A stretch of 64,000 bases of DNA from a virus: the IMG/VR virus record IMGVR_UViG_3300031873_000003, positions 29,791 to 93,790 of that record. One strand, 5' to 3'. Under the pieces are notes generated by a model. It saw only the letters and a program-made list of their open reading frames with translations, had not been told where the DNA came from and did not search any database. A program made the position numbers and the translations under genes. Within the stretch, counting starts at the first letter, position 1; every line of letters starts with the position of its first letter. Below are positions 30,601 through 39,964 of this stretch, piece by piece.

Positions 30601-30700
30601 TAGATTTTTTTCTGTGATTTTTAAAAACTTAGGTGGGAATGACTTTAGCCTTGAGTCTTTCCGATTTTTTTGCGATGAGATTCAAAGGAGAAAACGTTGA
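27665..30700 (+). CDS. virion protein with two SPSx tracts, a repeat beta-propeller (PSIAIDS..HVVW) and a tail-like C-terminus
   Basis: SPSx at about 27674-28135 and 29244-29693; five or six PSIAID repeats between them. Confidence 0.8.
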   Translation: MPESASMSPSESPSESPSLSPSASASPSISPSLSPSASVSPSISPSRSPSGSPSASPSLSPSASISPSTSPSKSPSESPSRSPSKSPSGSPSMSPSESPSKSPSASPSLSPSTSPSLSPSASLSPSLSPSASLSPSASPSVSPSMSPSASPSLSPSPVIDIIKAGCSISSISSNNGRKLVRDSTGRLHVVYHRVATVWNIYHSYSDDSGQTWTEEAITSDASYNQWSPSIAIDSSNHLHVVWHGTSVLSTTIDQIRYSKYEGSWSTPVDLTGEVYTQALPSIAIDSGDHIHVVWEGMSSVSPSYTQVRYSQYESSWSAPTNLTSGNLWRWNPSVAIDSGNNLHIVWGEGPDSLTSQIMYSKGAPWSPVQLSDGSYMQADASIAIDSSNHVHVVWEGRSPALPDYNQIRYAKYEASWSTVVDLTGTKTVGYDQQSPSIAIDTGDRLHVVWYGASVVSPSAYQIRHTKYDGSWSTDTDLTTDSVSQYYPSTLWANNIYSVNAQGYCFAYMDDTTLTFYASDEISFYGMASPSLSPSLSPSKSPSQSPSLSSSGSPSLSPSPSPSLSPSASESPSASPSLSPSASLSPSASVSPSTSPSLSPSASISPSESPSRSPSKSPSASPSISPSASPSLSPSASLSPSASVSPSASPSLSASLSPSPSASVSPSASPSVSPSPSAGTLICDLAFALSVPAIEVSGKIAGPGLIGPSLELPAIVVSGNIVTGGAFSAILELAPHASGTIRVGGLFSGTINVPIEVSGTIYSGGGLVASLILPAIHVDGLIAKNTTGFEITVPVITLSGTIITGRVVSGGVSVPAIKVLATIGHYNSLTFDLDLPEITTNLFIMGAQKITVQGAPLRKAFVVNLAHFGVTEYSGYSFNSFANYHFSKTYIGASEEGIFVLDGDDDNGVRINATIQPGNEDLWSQTIKRLREGFVTMRGGPISIELILDEGRLDPVTRDLEYVESTIHEERFKISRGLKNRFFSVIFKNLGGNDFSLESFRFFCDEIQRRKR

Positions 30701-30739
30701 CAGTGACTTTTTATAGAAACCATGTAAAGGAGAAACAAC

Positions 30740-31933
30740 ATGGCCTTCCCGACTAACTTAAGTTCCGCAATAGACAATGTCACAGAGATCGTAGCGGCAC
30801 ATCTGAACAACCTTGAGGTTAAGGTTGGAATAGATGGGTCGGCGGTCAACACTACCCTGGACTATCTGATCAAGAGTGCATCCAGCACTGACCCTGGGCA
30901 TAAACATCCGCAGGCTAAGATAACAGGGTTGACTACGGGAGATAGTCCTGTGTTTGGAACGGTTTACCTGTCAAATGTTGGTGATGGTCATGTTCCTTAT
31001 CAGAACAATGGAATGGCAGGGTTAGTGTCAGGTTCAATTCACACAGATGGGTCGAATGTTTTTATAGGTGATACACAGAATGCTAATACAACCCTTGGAC
31101 TAACAATCAATCAGGGAGCTAATGACGATCAGATATTGGCTCTCAAATCCAGTGATATTGCTCATACCGTTACAACTGACACCGAAGCAGATACCTTTGG
31201 ATATATTTCAAAGTATTCAGCTACCCTCGGTGGAGTTTTATTCCGAGGTCTCACGGATGCTGATGCGGCGGGAGCAATGGTCGTTGAGGGTATCATAGGG
31301 GCAACTGACCCAACGGATACGAATGCGGCCTTGATCCTGATTGGAAGTAAGCAGACGGGGACAACTACAGCAGCCTTGGCAGCAGCAGAGACGGTGTTAC
31401 AGGTTAAGAATAGGACTACTAATCTGGTAACTGTTTTGGGAAGCGGCAACGTCGGCATCGGGACGACGGGACCGAATGATAAATTAACCTTAGCTAATTC
31501 TTCTGCTAACAGCACGGGTATTCAGTTGCGTTCGAGCGTTTTGACCCCCAATGGTACTGACTATTCTGCGGGTAGAATTCTTGGAGGATTCAGAGGTGAA
31601 AGCGGGTATGATAATGGATATTTGGATTTACAATATCCTACCGCAGAAAACACTTTTACAACGGGGCTAAGGTTAATAAACGGCAAAGTCGGCATCGGGA
31701 CGACGGCACCACAGCAAGCATTACATGTGGTAGGCACTATCCTAGCAGATGGAGATGGTGGAGGATACGCTGGTACAACTGGATTTACTGATGTTGTAGA
31801 TATAGCGGCGAGGTCAACCGGAGTGGGAACGGTACTATTTGATGATGCAACAAATCGAAACAGTGCAGGGTTTATCAAGATATACATTGGGACCGTTCCT
31901 TATTTTTTACCTGCGTTTGCAGCTATAACCTAA
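30740..31933 (+). CDS. putative tail fibre
   Basis: GNVGIGTTGP and GKVGIGTTAP fibre repeats. Confidence 0.7.
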   Translation: MAFPTNLSSAIDNVTEIVAAHLNNLEVKVGIDGSAVNTTLDYLIKSASSTDPGHKHPQAKITGLTTGDSPVFGTVYLSNVGDGHVPYQNNGMAGLVSGSIHTDGSNVFIGDTQNANTTLGLTINQGANDDQILALKSSDIAHTVTTDTEADTFGYISKYSATLGGVLFRGLTDADAAGAMVVEGIIGATDPTDTNAALILIGSKQTGTTTAALAAAETVLQVKNRTTNLVTVLGSGNVGIGTTGPNDKLTLANSSANSTGIQLRSSVLTPNGTDYSAGRILGGFRGESGYDNGYLDLQYPTAENTFTTGLRLINGKVGIGTTAPQQALHVVGTILADGDGGGYAGTTGFTDVVDIAARSTGVGTVLFDDATNRNSAGFIKIYIGTVPYFLPAFAAIT

Positions 31934-31974
31934 ATGTAGTATACTTCAATGTATGCAACCATTTAGGAGGGACT

Positions 31975-32676
31975 ATGCCAGAGCGACTAAATAAAAGGAT
32001 TTGCGAGTTTTGCGGCAAGGAATATCAGACACACAACAGTACAAGAACGTGCTCTATAAAGTGTCGTGACCACTTAAAAACGCAGAACAGGATACAGCGA
32101 TCTGAAACTAAGGAATGCCCGATCTGCGGAGAGATAAGTAAGTTGCAGTGGATTGCTCACGGGATAAGTGTGTGCAGTTTGAGATGCAAACGAACAATTA
32201 ACTCAAGGGAATGGCGCAACCAACATGGCGGATCAGTTGATATTAGTAAACGTAGCACAATAAAGCCTTTTGTAACTTGTAAGGTGTGCGGGAAAATCGT
32301 TTTGGGTAAAAGCTACAAACAATTATATTGCAGTAGAGAGTGTAAAATAATTGGCGGACATCGAAACAAGAAAATGATAGTTGATAATAAAAGGGAGTCT
32401 ATAAAGACTTGCGAAATATGCGGCGTGTCTATTGATAAAATTCCAACTCCAAGAGAACTCAACTTCAGATCGTTTGGGCAAAGGGCGATGGATACTAAGG
32501 TGCAATTCGATCACATTGTTTGCCGAGTTGATAACGGACAAAACAACGACGAGAATCTTCGAGGTGTGTGTTGGATGTGTAACCACGTAAGGGGAACGAT
32601 GGACAAGAAGTTCGACAACGCCGTGGCAAAAGCGTCAATAGCGTTTTGGGCTGAGGTATTTGCTACAATTACCTAG
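31975..32676 (+). CDS. HNH endonuclease with multiple CxxC zinc motifs
   Basis: FDHIV...NLRGVCWMCNHVRG; AGGAGG RBS. Confidence 0.8.
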   Translation: MPERLNKRICEFCGKEYQTHNSTRTCSIKCRDHLKTQNRIQRSETKECPICGEISKLQWIAHGISVCSLRCKRTINSREWRNQHGGSVDISKRSTIKPFVTCKVCGKIVLGKSYKQLYCSRECKIIGGHRNKKMIVDNKRESIKTCEICGVSIDKIPTPRELNFRSFGQRAMDTKVQFDHIVCRVDNGQNNDENLRGVCWMCNHVRGTMDKKFDNAVAKASIAFWAEVFATIT

Positions 32677-32684
32677 GAGGATCA

Positions 32685-33050
32685 ATGGACATAAAACGTA
32701 ATCCCGCTGGATTAGGATGGATGGTAAGGTACGATAATGGAACGTATACAATATTTTACACACAAAAGGAGGCAGTGAAATGTATGGCAAAAATTGATAC
32801 AGTAAAAGCGATCATCAATGCAGTTAAAAGTCTGGCAACAGCAACCGATCAAGCAACAGATTTAGTCAGCGAATACTGGGATGTTGGAACATTCGTTGAC
32901 GAGGATGTAGCAGCGTTGGGCATCACTGCTGCACAGCTTACATCCTGCATTACGTTATTAGAGCAGGTAGATAAACTCATGACGAACCAAGAGACAAGCC
33001 TATCTATGTATAGAACTACCCTGAATCAAGTTCGAAGGGTTGCAACGTAA
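32685..33050 (+). CDS. hypothetical tail-associated protein (alternative start MAKID at about 32784)
   Basis: RBS before both candidate starts. Confidence 0.5.
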   Translation: MDIKRNPAGLGWMVRYDNGTYTIFYTQKEAVKCMAKIDTVKAIINAVKSLATATDQATDLVSEYWDVGTFVDEDVAALGITAAQLTSCITLLEQVDKLMTNQETSLSMYRTTLNQVRRVAT

Positions 33051-33124
33051 ATTATAGAATATACGTTGCTTACGATACAACGAACTGGAGACCGATTAAC
33101 TAAGTAAATAAGAAGGGAGATCCC

Positions 33125-33439
33125 ATGAAGATTAATTTTAGTCAAGCGTTAAAGGCGTTGGATGGAACACCAATCTCAAGACTTGACGGAAAGGGAGAAT
33201 TTACCCTCAAGTTTGTTTCCCAGGAAGCGTTACTTTTATCCTTTCAGGACGAACAGGGGTTGGGGGGAGAAGAGAAAACCAGGAGGTGGGTTTTGGCTAC
33301 GATGATTGAGGCAAACCCAGAGAAAATTGATTTAACCTCGGAGCAGATAGCGTTGATTAAGAAACTTATTGGCAAGGCTTATGGGCCGCTTATCGTTGGT
33401 CAGGCATGGGAGTTGTTGGAGGCGGGAGTCACTGGTTAG
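33125..33439 (+). CDS. small tail-fibre-associated protein
   Basis: MKINFSQALKALDG..DLTSEQIALIKKLIGK pattern; follows the fibre genes. Confidence 0.5.
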   Translation: MKINFSQALKALDGTPISRLDGKGEFTLKFVSQEALLLSFQDEQGLGGEEKTRRWVLATMIEANPEKIDLTSEQIALIKKLIGKAYGPLIVGQAWELLEAGVTG

Positions 33440-33452
33440 GGGGAACTGAACT

Positions 33453-35660
33453 TTGGCCGACATCATAAAGTATGGAACTGGAATTCTATATGGTACGGGT
33501 CATCTATATGGAGAATATATTCCCTCGGCCTCGATATCTCCGAGCCTTTCGCCCTCTAAGGGTCCTTCGGTTTCTCCATCCCTAAGTCCTTCGGCTTCTA
33601 TAAGTCCTTCGTTATCTCCATCAGTCTCACCTTCAATCAGTCCTTCGGTCTCACCTTCGGTCTCACCCTCTTTAAGCCCATCTGTTAGTCCAAGTTTATC
33701 ACCGTCGGCCAGTCCATCCTTGAGTCCATCATTGAGTCCTTCTGCTTCCTTGAGTCCCAGTCTAAGTCCGTCTAAATCTCCTTCTGTATCACCCTCGGTA
33801 TCACCTTCACTATCACCCTCTCTTAGTCCGAGTGAATCTCCGAGTCTCTCTCCTTCGGCCTCATTATCTCCATCATTGAGTCCGTCTGTTTCACCGTCCG
33901 TTAGCCCATCGATTTCACCGAGCCTATCACCGAGTTTATCTCCGTCGGAAAGTCCGAGTCTTTCACCCTCTGCGAGTTTAAGCCCATCTGAAAGTCCGTC
34001 ACTTAGTCCAAGTGTATCGCCTTCTTTTTCGCCATCGATGAGTCCGTCTTTATCACCTTCGGAGAGCCCTTCGTTAAGTCCAAGTGCTTCGCTCTCTCCG
34101 AGCCTGTCACCAAGCAAATCTCCAAGTCTGTCACCATCGGCTTCGCTCTCACCCAGCTTGTCACCGAGCGAAAGTCCTTCTGCCAGTCCTTCTGTAGGCA
34201 GTTTTTCCTTATCTCCAAGTGCATCGCCTTCACTTTCTCCCTCTGCGAGCCTGAGTCCATCCATTTCTCCAAGTGAATCCTTGAGCCTTAGTCCGAGTGC
34301 CAGTCCAAGCGTATCGCCTTCGGCATCACCGAGCCTTAGTCCGAGCGAATCTCTATCCATAAGTCCATCTCTTAGTCCTTCAATCTCTCCATCAATCAGC
34401 CCTTCGGTTAGTCCAAGTAAATCGCCTTCGTTAAGCCCATCTGAGAGTCCAAGTGTAAGTCCGAGTCTGTCACCGAGCGTCAGTCCGTCAATATCTCCGA
34501 GTTTATCGCCCTCCCTGAGCCCTTCGGAAAGCCCGAGTGAATCACCTTCAATCAGCCCATCGGCAAGTCTTTCGCCGAGCCTTAGCCCCAGCGGGTCGCC
34601 AAGTCTTTCCCCAAGCGTCTCTATCTCACCGAGTATGTCTCCGAGTGCCTCTCCATCCATTAGTCCTTCAAAGAGTCCCTCGGAGTCACCCTCGATGTCT
34701 GCTTCGGTAAGCCCGTCTTTATCCCCATCAGTCTCCGAATCTCCATCGGTTTCTCCATCGGTATCACCTTCGGCATCACCCAGCCTTAGTCCAAGTGAGT
34801 TAGCGTCCTTATCTCCATCGGAGAGTCCCAGTAAATCACCAAGCTTGTCTCCGAGTATTTCACCCTCGGGATCACCGAGCTTAAGTGTGAGCGAATCACC
34901 TTCAGAGAGTCCAAGCCTATCAGCCTCTCTGTCTCCAAGTGAATCTCCCTCGGAATCTAAGAGTCTGAGCGCATCAGAAAGTCCGTCAGAATCACCAAGC
35001 GTTAGTCCATCGGTTAGTCCATCTTTATCGCCGTCAATGTCGCCTTCCAAGAGTGAAAGCGAATCACCAAGCCTTTCGCCTTCGGAAAGTCCTTCGAGGT
35101 CGCCCTCGTTAAGTCCCTCGGCGAGTCCGTCGATATCTCCATCACTTTCCCTTAGTCTTTCGCCTTCGGAAAGTCCATCGGTTTCTCCAAGCGTTAGTCC
35201 CTCAGCGAGTCCGTCGATGTCTCCATCGATATCTCCAAGCGTGAGTCCCTCGTTCAGTCCTTCGGCCAGCTTATCTCCATCCGAAGAACCGATCGAGCTT
35301 CCTCCTCTTTTTTCGCCAGAATTATACTATAAGAAATTAAAGATGGTTCGTTCTTCAATAACGCCCGATGGTGATTTTTTATATAAAACAATGAAAATGG
35401 TTGTTCCTCCCCTGCTTAGCCTAGAGGGTGGGTTTGGGTATCAAAACCTCAAAACGGTTATTCCACCTTCGTTAAGTCCGGAAGGTGATTTTTCATATAA
35501 GACAATGAAAATGGTTGTTCCTCCCCTGCTTAGCCCAGAGGGTGGGTTTGGGTATCACAAGACAAGGATGATCAGCAAGACAGGATTGCCGGAAGGTGGT
35601 TTTATGTATAAGAAATTGAAGATGATAATTCCTCCATCACCAAGTGCAGAGGCAGGTTAG
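33453..35660 (+). CDS. SPSx-repeat protein with a short YG-rich N-terminus and C-terminal PEGxFxYK repeats
   Basis: TTG start; SPSx tract at about 33522-35282. Confidence 0.75.
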   Translation: MADIIKYGTGILYGTGHLYGEYIPSASISPSLSPSKGPSVSPSLSPSASISPSLSPSVSPSISPSVSPSVSPSLSPSVSPSLSPSASPSLSPSLSPSASLSPSLSPSKSPSVSPSVSPSLSPSLSPSESPSLSPSASLSPSLSPSVSPSVSPSISPSLSPSLSPSESPSLSPSASLSPSESPSLSPSVSPSFSPSMSPSLSPSESPSLSPSASLSPSLSPSKSPSLSPSASLSPSLSPSESPSASPSVGSFSLSPSASPSLSPSASLSPSISPSESLSLSPSASPSVSPSASPSLSPSESLSISPSLSPSISPSISPSVSPSKSPSLSPSESPSVSPSLSPSVSPSISPSLSPSLSPSESPSESPSISPSASLSPSLSPSGSPSLSPSVSISPSMSPSASPSISPSKSPSESPSMSASVSPSLSPSVSESPSVSPSVSPSASPSLSPSELASLSPSESPSKSPSLSPSISPSGSPSLSVSESPSESPSLSASLSPSESPSESKSLSASESPSESPSVSPSVSPSLSPSMSPSKSESESPSLSPSESPSRSPSLSPSASPSISPSLSLSLSPSESPSVSPSVSPSASPSMSPSISPSVSPSFSPSASLSPSEEPIELPPLFSPELYYKKLKMVRSSITPDGDFLYKTMKMVVPPLLSLEGGFGYQNLKTVIPPSLSPEGDFSYKTMKMVVPPLLSPEGGFGYHKTRMISKTGLPEGGFMYKKLKMIIPPSPSAEAG

Positions 35661-35691
35661 ATTGAAGAAAACGACAGAAGAAGAACTCAAT

Positions 35692-37827
35692 ATGTGGAGA
35701 TACGGATATCCGTCCACTGCCGTATCTTGGAACCTAAACGGCGATGTGACCTCTTGCCAGGCGTATGTAGGAGAAGCCGCAAACCTTCTCTATGGCCTCA
35801 AGAACAGGATGAAGTTGGGTGGGTTAAAGTCCCTGCAAACATATCGCAACTACCCTGATGGGACAACGATTATTGCAAGATCGGTATTTGGGATGGATTA
35901 TATTGAGATTATATCAGGAAAGGCCATTGCTCCTTCATGCAAGATAAGATTGTATGATGACAATTATATGTTGCTTCACCTTGGAGCCCCAAGGGTAGTT
36001 CCTCCTATGAAGTGGTACGAGTTGGACGTTGGACAGGAGGAACACCACAAAGAGTTGAGGGTTTACGATAAAACATCCAAAACGTTGAGCATCAAGAATC
36101 CAGAGGGTGAGGAGGAGGTTGAGGGTTATGATTACATCAAAACCTATTACTCATGGACAACCATAGATTGTGCAGCTTGTAGTCCATTGACCCTTACCGT
36201 TGCCCAGGGAGATGATTCATGGGTGCTTACTGGAAGTTCTCCGAACCGACCATTCTGGTATAAATCAGAGAACGATAATGGAACATTGATCTACAACTAC
36301 AATGGTATCATGGTGCCTCACCACATGGGGTATGATTGGACAGACCCTGTTGTTCCACCGAACCCGTTGAACCATACGATCTATAGTTTTTCTGGCTGTC
36401 AGGCAGAGATACTTGAGATAAGCGTATACAAAGATGGAGTGGATTCCGGCAAGACAACCTTCTTCATGTCCGATGAGAGAGGAAGTTATTTCGTCTGGAA
36501 AGCCTATACCGAGTGGACAAATAATGGCCCAAGGGGCATGTTTGGTATCCCTATCGTCTTCTCTCGCACAGGGCTTGGCTACATGTTGATGAAGGGATTT
36601 ATTACAAACCAGGGAATTGTGCTCTGTGAAAGCGACCCAACTATCATCAAGGTGGACTGTTGCGAAAAGACTGCTGACGAGAGAGCGGTCATCATGTACT
36701 GGGAATCGTTAGGTGGACATGAGGTTACGGGTCCAACCTGCGTAGACCAGCCGTTTATGTTCATGGGAAACATGAAGGTTTGCGAAGTTCCCCCAGAAGT
36801 TGCTGGTTGGTATGCCAGGTTTTGTGTAGGCTTTGCAGGTAAACGTGGGAATAATATGTATTACTACATGTTCCCAGAAACCAAGGGTAGCTGTCTACCG
36901 CTCACCTGGACATGGGATAACCCTTTCTTTGAGGTTCTTCCAGCGATACCGAACGGAGAGACGGCAGCCATCCACTTAGCAGAAGGTTGTGTTGACCCAG
37001 AAACAGCTCCCAAGACAATGGGAGGGTGTGAGACTAACGTTATCGTAACTGTCAAGGATAGATGTAGGGTGGAAAGAGACCTCGCTGGTCTACCTGGTAC
37101 TGACGAAACTGAAGGAATGGATCAGACGAAATTCCTTTCGTGTTGTGAAATTGTAGAACTAAATCCATTCTCTATAGGATATACAACATTATCACCAGGT
37201 CTTAGCGTAGAACAAATGCTAAACACAAACAATGGATGTGTTCCGGTGACATGGTCTTTTACTGGGAATGGTTCATTGAAACAGGGAGCAGAGTTACCAT
37301 ACGTTCCGACGAGAACTGATGTTGCATATTATACGTCACCAGACTCTAACCCAGGTTGCGAAAATGTTGACACAGTCACGGCAACTGATTGTTGTGGAAG
37401 ATCAGCTACGATAGAGTTTACGGTAACCGCTAATACGGCAGGATCAATATGCCTGTCAACGCTAAGTGTTTTTCCTGGAGCGTGTGCCCCTTATTGGGGC
37501 ACCTATATGTGCTATACTTCATGGTCCGCAACCGAAACGGTTTGGGATTGTGCGGGCAACGAGACTCATTCGCACAGCGATAGTGGTGCAGGTTATGGTG
37601 CGTATTGCTATGAAGGTGCGGGAACTGACCCTAGAAATTATTTGTGCGAAGGGTGTGGTAGCTGTGTTGTGACCATGATGGAGATGTTTTGGAATCAGGG
37701 AACAGTATACCGATGTTGGGCCAAGGGGCAGCCTGTACCATGGAATGTAGTAGGAGACCAGCGGTCCGCTGCCCAAATCGCAGCAGGTTGTTGTCCAATA
37801 AATCCATTGACTGGTCTACCATTTTAG
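35692..37827 (+). CDS. large Cys-rich virion or tail-tip-like protein; start uncertain (35644 or 35692)
   Basis: Long ORF with many CC pairs and aromatic residues. Confidence 0.6.
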   Translation: MWRYGYPSTAVSWNLNGDVTSCQAYVGEAANLLYGLKNRMKLGGLKSLQTYRNYPDGTTIIARSVFGMDYIEIISGKAIAPSCKIRLYDDNYMLLHLGAPRVVPPMKWYELDVGQEEHHKELRVYDKTSKTLSIKNPEGEEEVEGYDYIKTYYSWTTIDCAACSPLTLTVAQGDDSWVLTGSSPNRPFWYKSENDNGTLIYNYNGIMVPHHMGYDWTDPVVPPNPLNHTIYSFSGCQAEILEISVYKDGVDSGKTTFFMSDERGSYFVWKAYTEWTNNGPRGMFGIPIVFSRTGLGYMLMKGFITNQGIVLCESDPTIIKVDCCEKTADERAVIMYWESLGGHEVTGPTCVDQPFMFMGNMKVCEVPPEVAGWYARFCVGFAGKRGNNMYYYMFPETKGSCLPLTWTWDNPFFEVLPAIPNGETAAIHLAEGCVDPETAPKTMGGCETNVIVTVKDRCRVERDLAGLPGTDETEGMDQTKFLSCCEIVELNPFSIGYTTLSPGLSVEQMLNTNNGCVPVTWSFTGNGSLKQGAELPYVPTRTDVAYYTSPDSNPGCENVDTVTATDCCGRSATIEFTVTANTAGSICLSTLSVFPGACAPYWGTYMCYTSWSATETVWDCAGNETHSHSDSGAGYGAYCYEGAGTDPRNYLCEGCGSCVVTMMEMFWNQGTVYRCWAKGQPVPWNVVGDQRSAAQIAAGCCPINPLTGLPF

Positions 37828-37837
37828 GAGAAATGTT

Positions 37838-38317
37838 ATGGCATTTGATCCAGAGGTTCACCAAGCCAAGCAGATACTAATCAGGTGTGGTCGGGCACTA
37901 CGTGAATGTAAGGGGCTTCCACCAGAGAATAATATCACTATCCTATACGAAGAAGCTTCCATAGCTCTTGGAATACCTTTGCTCGAAACAACTACTGCCG
38001 ACGCAGGACGTATTCCTCCTGTACACGAAATGAAGACAATAGACGGCACCAAGTTCCTTGTCCCCCGCAAGGACTGTCCCTCCTGTGGTGGCAAGGAAAC
38101 CATGATCCTTGGGCCACTATGTGGCAGTTGTGTAGATGCTAAGGACGAGGATGGTAAACGTAAGTACCATACCATGTGGCAGTGCACAGAGTGTAAGGTA
38201 AAGGACAGGTCGGAAAAGTTCTTCGCACAATGGATGACAGAGTTAGGGGTAGAGATGCCAACGGGAACGAAGGAACAGTTAGGGATTCGCACGTTTACCG
38301 ACACCGGGTTAAAATAG
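37838..38317 (+). CDS. zinc-finger protein
   Basis: CPSC, CGSC, CTEC; AGGAG RBS. Confidence 0.6.
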   Translation: MAFDPEVHQAKQILIRCGRALRECKGLPPENNITILYEEASIALGIPLLETTTADAGRIPPVHEMKTIDGTKFLVPRKDCPSCGGKETMILGPLCGSCVDAKDEDGKRKYHTMWQCTECKVKDRSEKFFAQWMTELGVEMPTGTKEQLGIRTFTDTGLK

Positions 38318-38329
38318 AGGGAGGTTGAT

Positions 38330-39964
38330 ATGGCTATTCCAATTTATGATATAAGCAGGGCTGCGATAACGGAGGTTCAGAGTCAGTTCGACTTAGCGAG
38401 AGATTATGCGACAGAGGCAAAAACTGATGCGGATACGTTACTTACCTCTCTCTCCGTCTTAGCAGAATCAATCCATGCAATCGACAGTAGTGTCGGTATA
38501 GACGATGTGGATTCTTCCGTTACGTCTTTTGTGGGAACCGCTCCTACCCCTCCCGACCCTACAATGACCATCCCCGATCTTCCGACAAAGACTACCAGCA
38601 GTCTCGTTCTGGAACCCATCAGCCCAACAATGAGTCCAGGGACTATCCCTGGAAAACCAACCGTTGTAATTGATGCAGGGTCTCTCACCGTAAGCTGGAA
38701 CCCCGGCGCCTCTCTTCCGTCCTTGGGAGATATCAGTATTGACACGGGTGGTTCTCCTGTAATAGATGTTTCGACCAACGTATCTCCGATTAATCCGGCG
38801 GGAGCATCTTATGACTCTCCGTTATTGACAGCCCTCAAGACAAGGCTGTTGGCCGATGTTCAGACGGACATAGATAGGCCGTCGGTTGAAGTAGCAAAGT
38901 GGGACAGGGCCAGGGCCAGAGACTTATTGACTCATCAAGCCAGTCTGGACACGATCCGGGGAGATTGGTCAAAGAGTGGACTTCCCTTGCCGGACGGAGC
39001 ATTAACGGCAGGCATTGAATCTGAGAACGTAAGATACTCAAATACATACGATGATAGAAGTGGGCAGATTGCGATTGAAGAGGCGAACCTCGCCATACAG
39101 GTCAGGCAGTCGGCTATTGCGCAGGCAGTTCAAACGGAAAATATCCTTATGACCTTTGCCAATACTGTGCAGGAAAGGATATTCCAAGCATCACGAGCTA
39201 CGGTTGAAGCCGAAATCCAGGTTATTAATGCTGTTATGATGAAGTATCGCATTATGACCGATATTTACCAAGCAGTTTCAAACATAAGGATAGCAAAGAG
39301 CAGGGCCGAGGTTGACGCTTATTCTGCTGGCGCAGGCGTGTATAAGGCGGCCGTTGACGCAGAGGCGGCCAGATGGAACGCTGAGGCCAATATTTACCAG
39401 ACCAAAGCAAGCGTTGAAATTGCGGAAGGAAAAGGTGCTATAGATATTTATGGGTCAGAAGTGCAAGCGTACAAGGCAAACGTTGATGCGGAGGCAGCCA
39501 GGGTTAACGCCGAAGTTAATGTATATCAGGCATTGTCAAGCGTTCAGATAGCAGAGGCTAAGTCATTGGTAGACACCTACGTAGCAGAAGTGCAAGCGTA
39601 CAAGGCAAACGTTGATGCGGAGGCAGCCAGGGTGGATGCCTTAGCTAAGCTTTTTAGCTCAGAAGTGGAGGGATATAAGGCTGATGCGTCGGTATATCAG
39701 GCCGTAAGTGGTGTTGAAATTGAAATTATCAAAAACAAGACAGCGCTCTCCATATCAAGAGCAAACCTTGAAATGAAGGAAGCCGAGATTCAGATTGCGC
39801 AATACCAGGCTTTGACTAATTTAAAAATTGAGGCCATGAAGGCTATGGGCAGTATGGTTGCCCAGCAAATAGCTGGCGCATTGTCGAGCATCCATGCGAC
39901 CGCAAGTATGGACCGTAAAGATGGGGTTGATTACAACTATAATGTAAGCGAAACACTTGAATAA
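38330..39964 (+). CDS. putative internal virion or ejection protein (Ala-rich helical repeats)
   Basis: Repeated YKAxVDAEAAR; exact DNA repeat at about 39457-39503 and 39586-39632. Confidence 0.55.
   Translation: MAIPIYDISRAAITEVQSQFDLARDYATEAKTDADTLLTSLSVLAESIHAIDSSVGIDDVDSSVTSFVGTAPTPPDPTMTIPDLPTKTTSSLVLEPISPTMSPGTIPGKPTVVIDAGSLTVSWNPGASLPSLGDISIDTGGSPVIDVSTNVSPINPAGASYDSPLLTALKTRLLADVQTDIDRPSVEVAKWDRARARDLLTHQASLDTIRGDWSKSGLPLPDGALTAGIESENVRYSNTYDDRSGQIAIEEANLAIQVRQSAIAQAVQTENILMTFANTVQERIFQASRATVEAEIQVINAVMMKYRIMTDIYQAVSNIRIAKSRAEVDAYSAGAGVYKAAVDAEAARWNAEANIYQTKASVEIAEGKGAIDIYGSEVQAYKANVDAEAARVNAEVNVYQALSSVQIAEAKSLVDTYVAEVQAYKANVDAEAARVDALAKLFSSEVEGYKADASVYQAVSGVEIEIIKNKTALSISRANLEMKEAEIQIAQYQALTNLKIEAMKAMGSMVAQQIAGALSSIHATASMDRKDGVDYNYNVSETLE

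Noticed and set aside
35380-35560. Diversity-generating retroelement template/variable repeat pair
   Set aside because: Both copies are in-frame coding repeats, the differences are not adenine-specific, and no reverse transcriptase is in the window.
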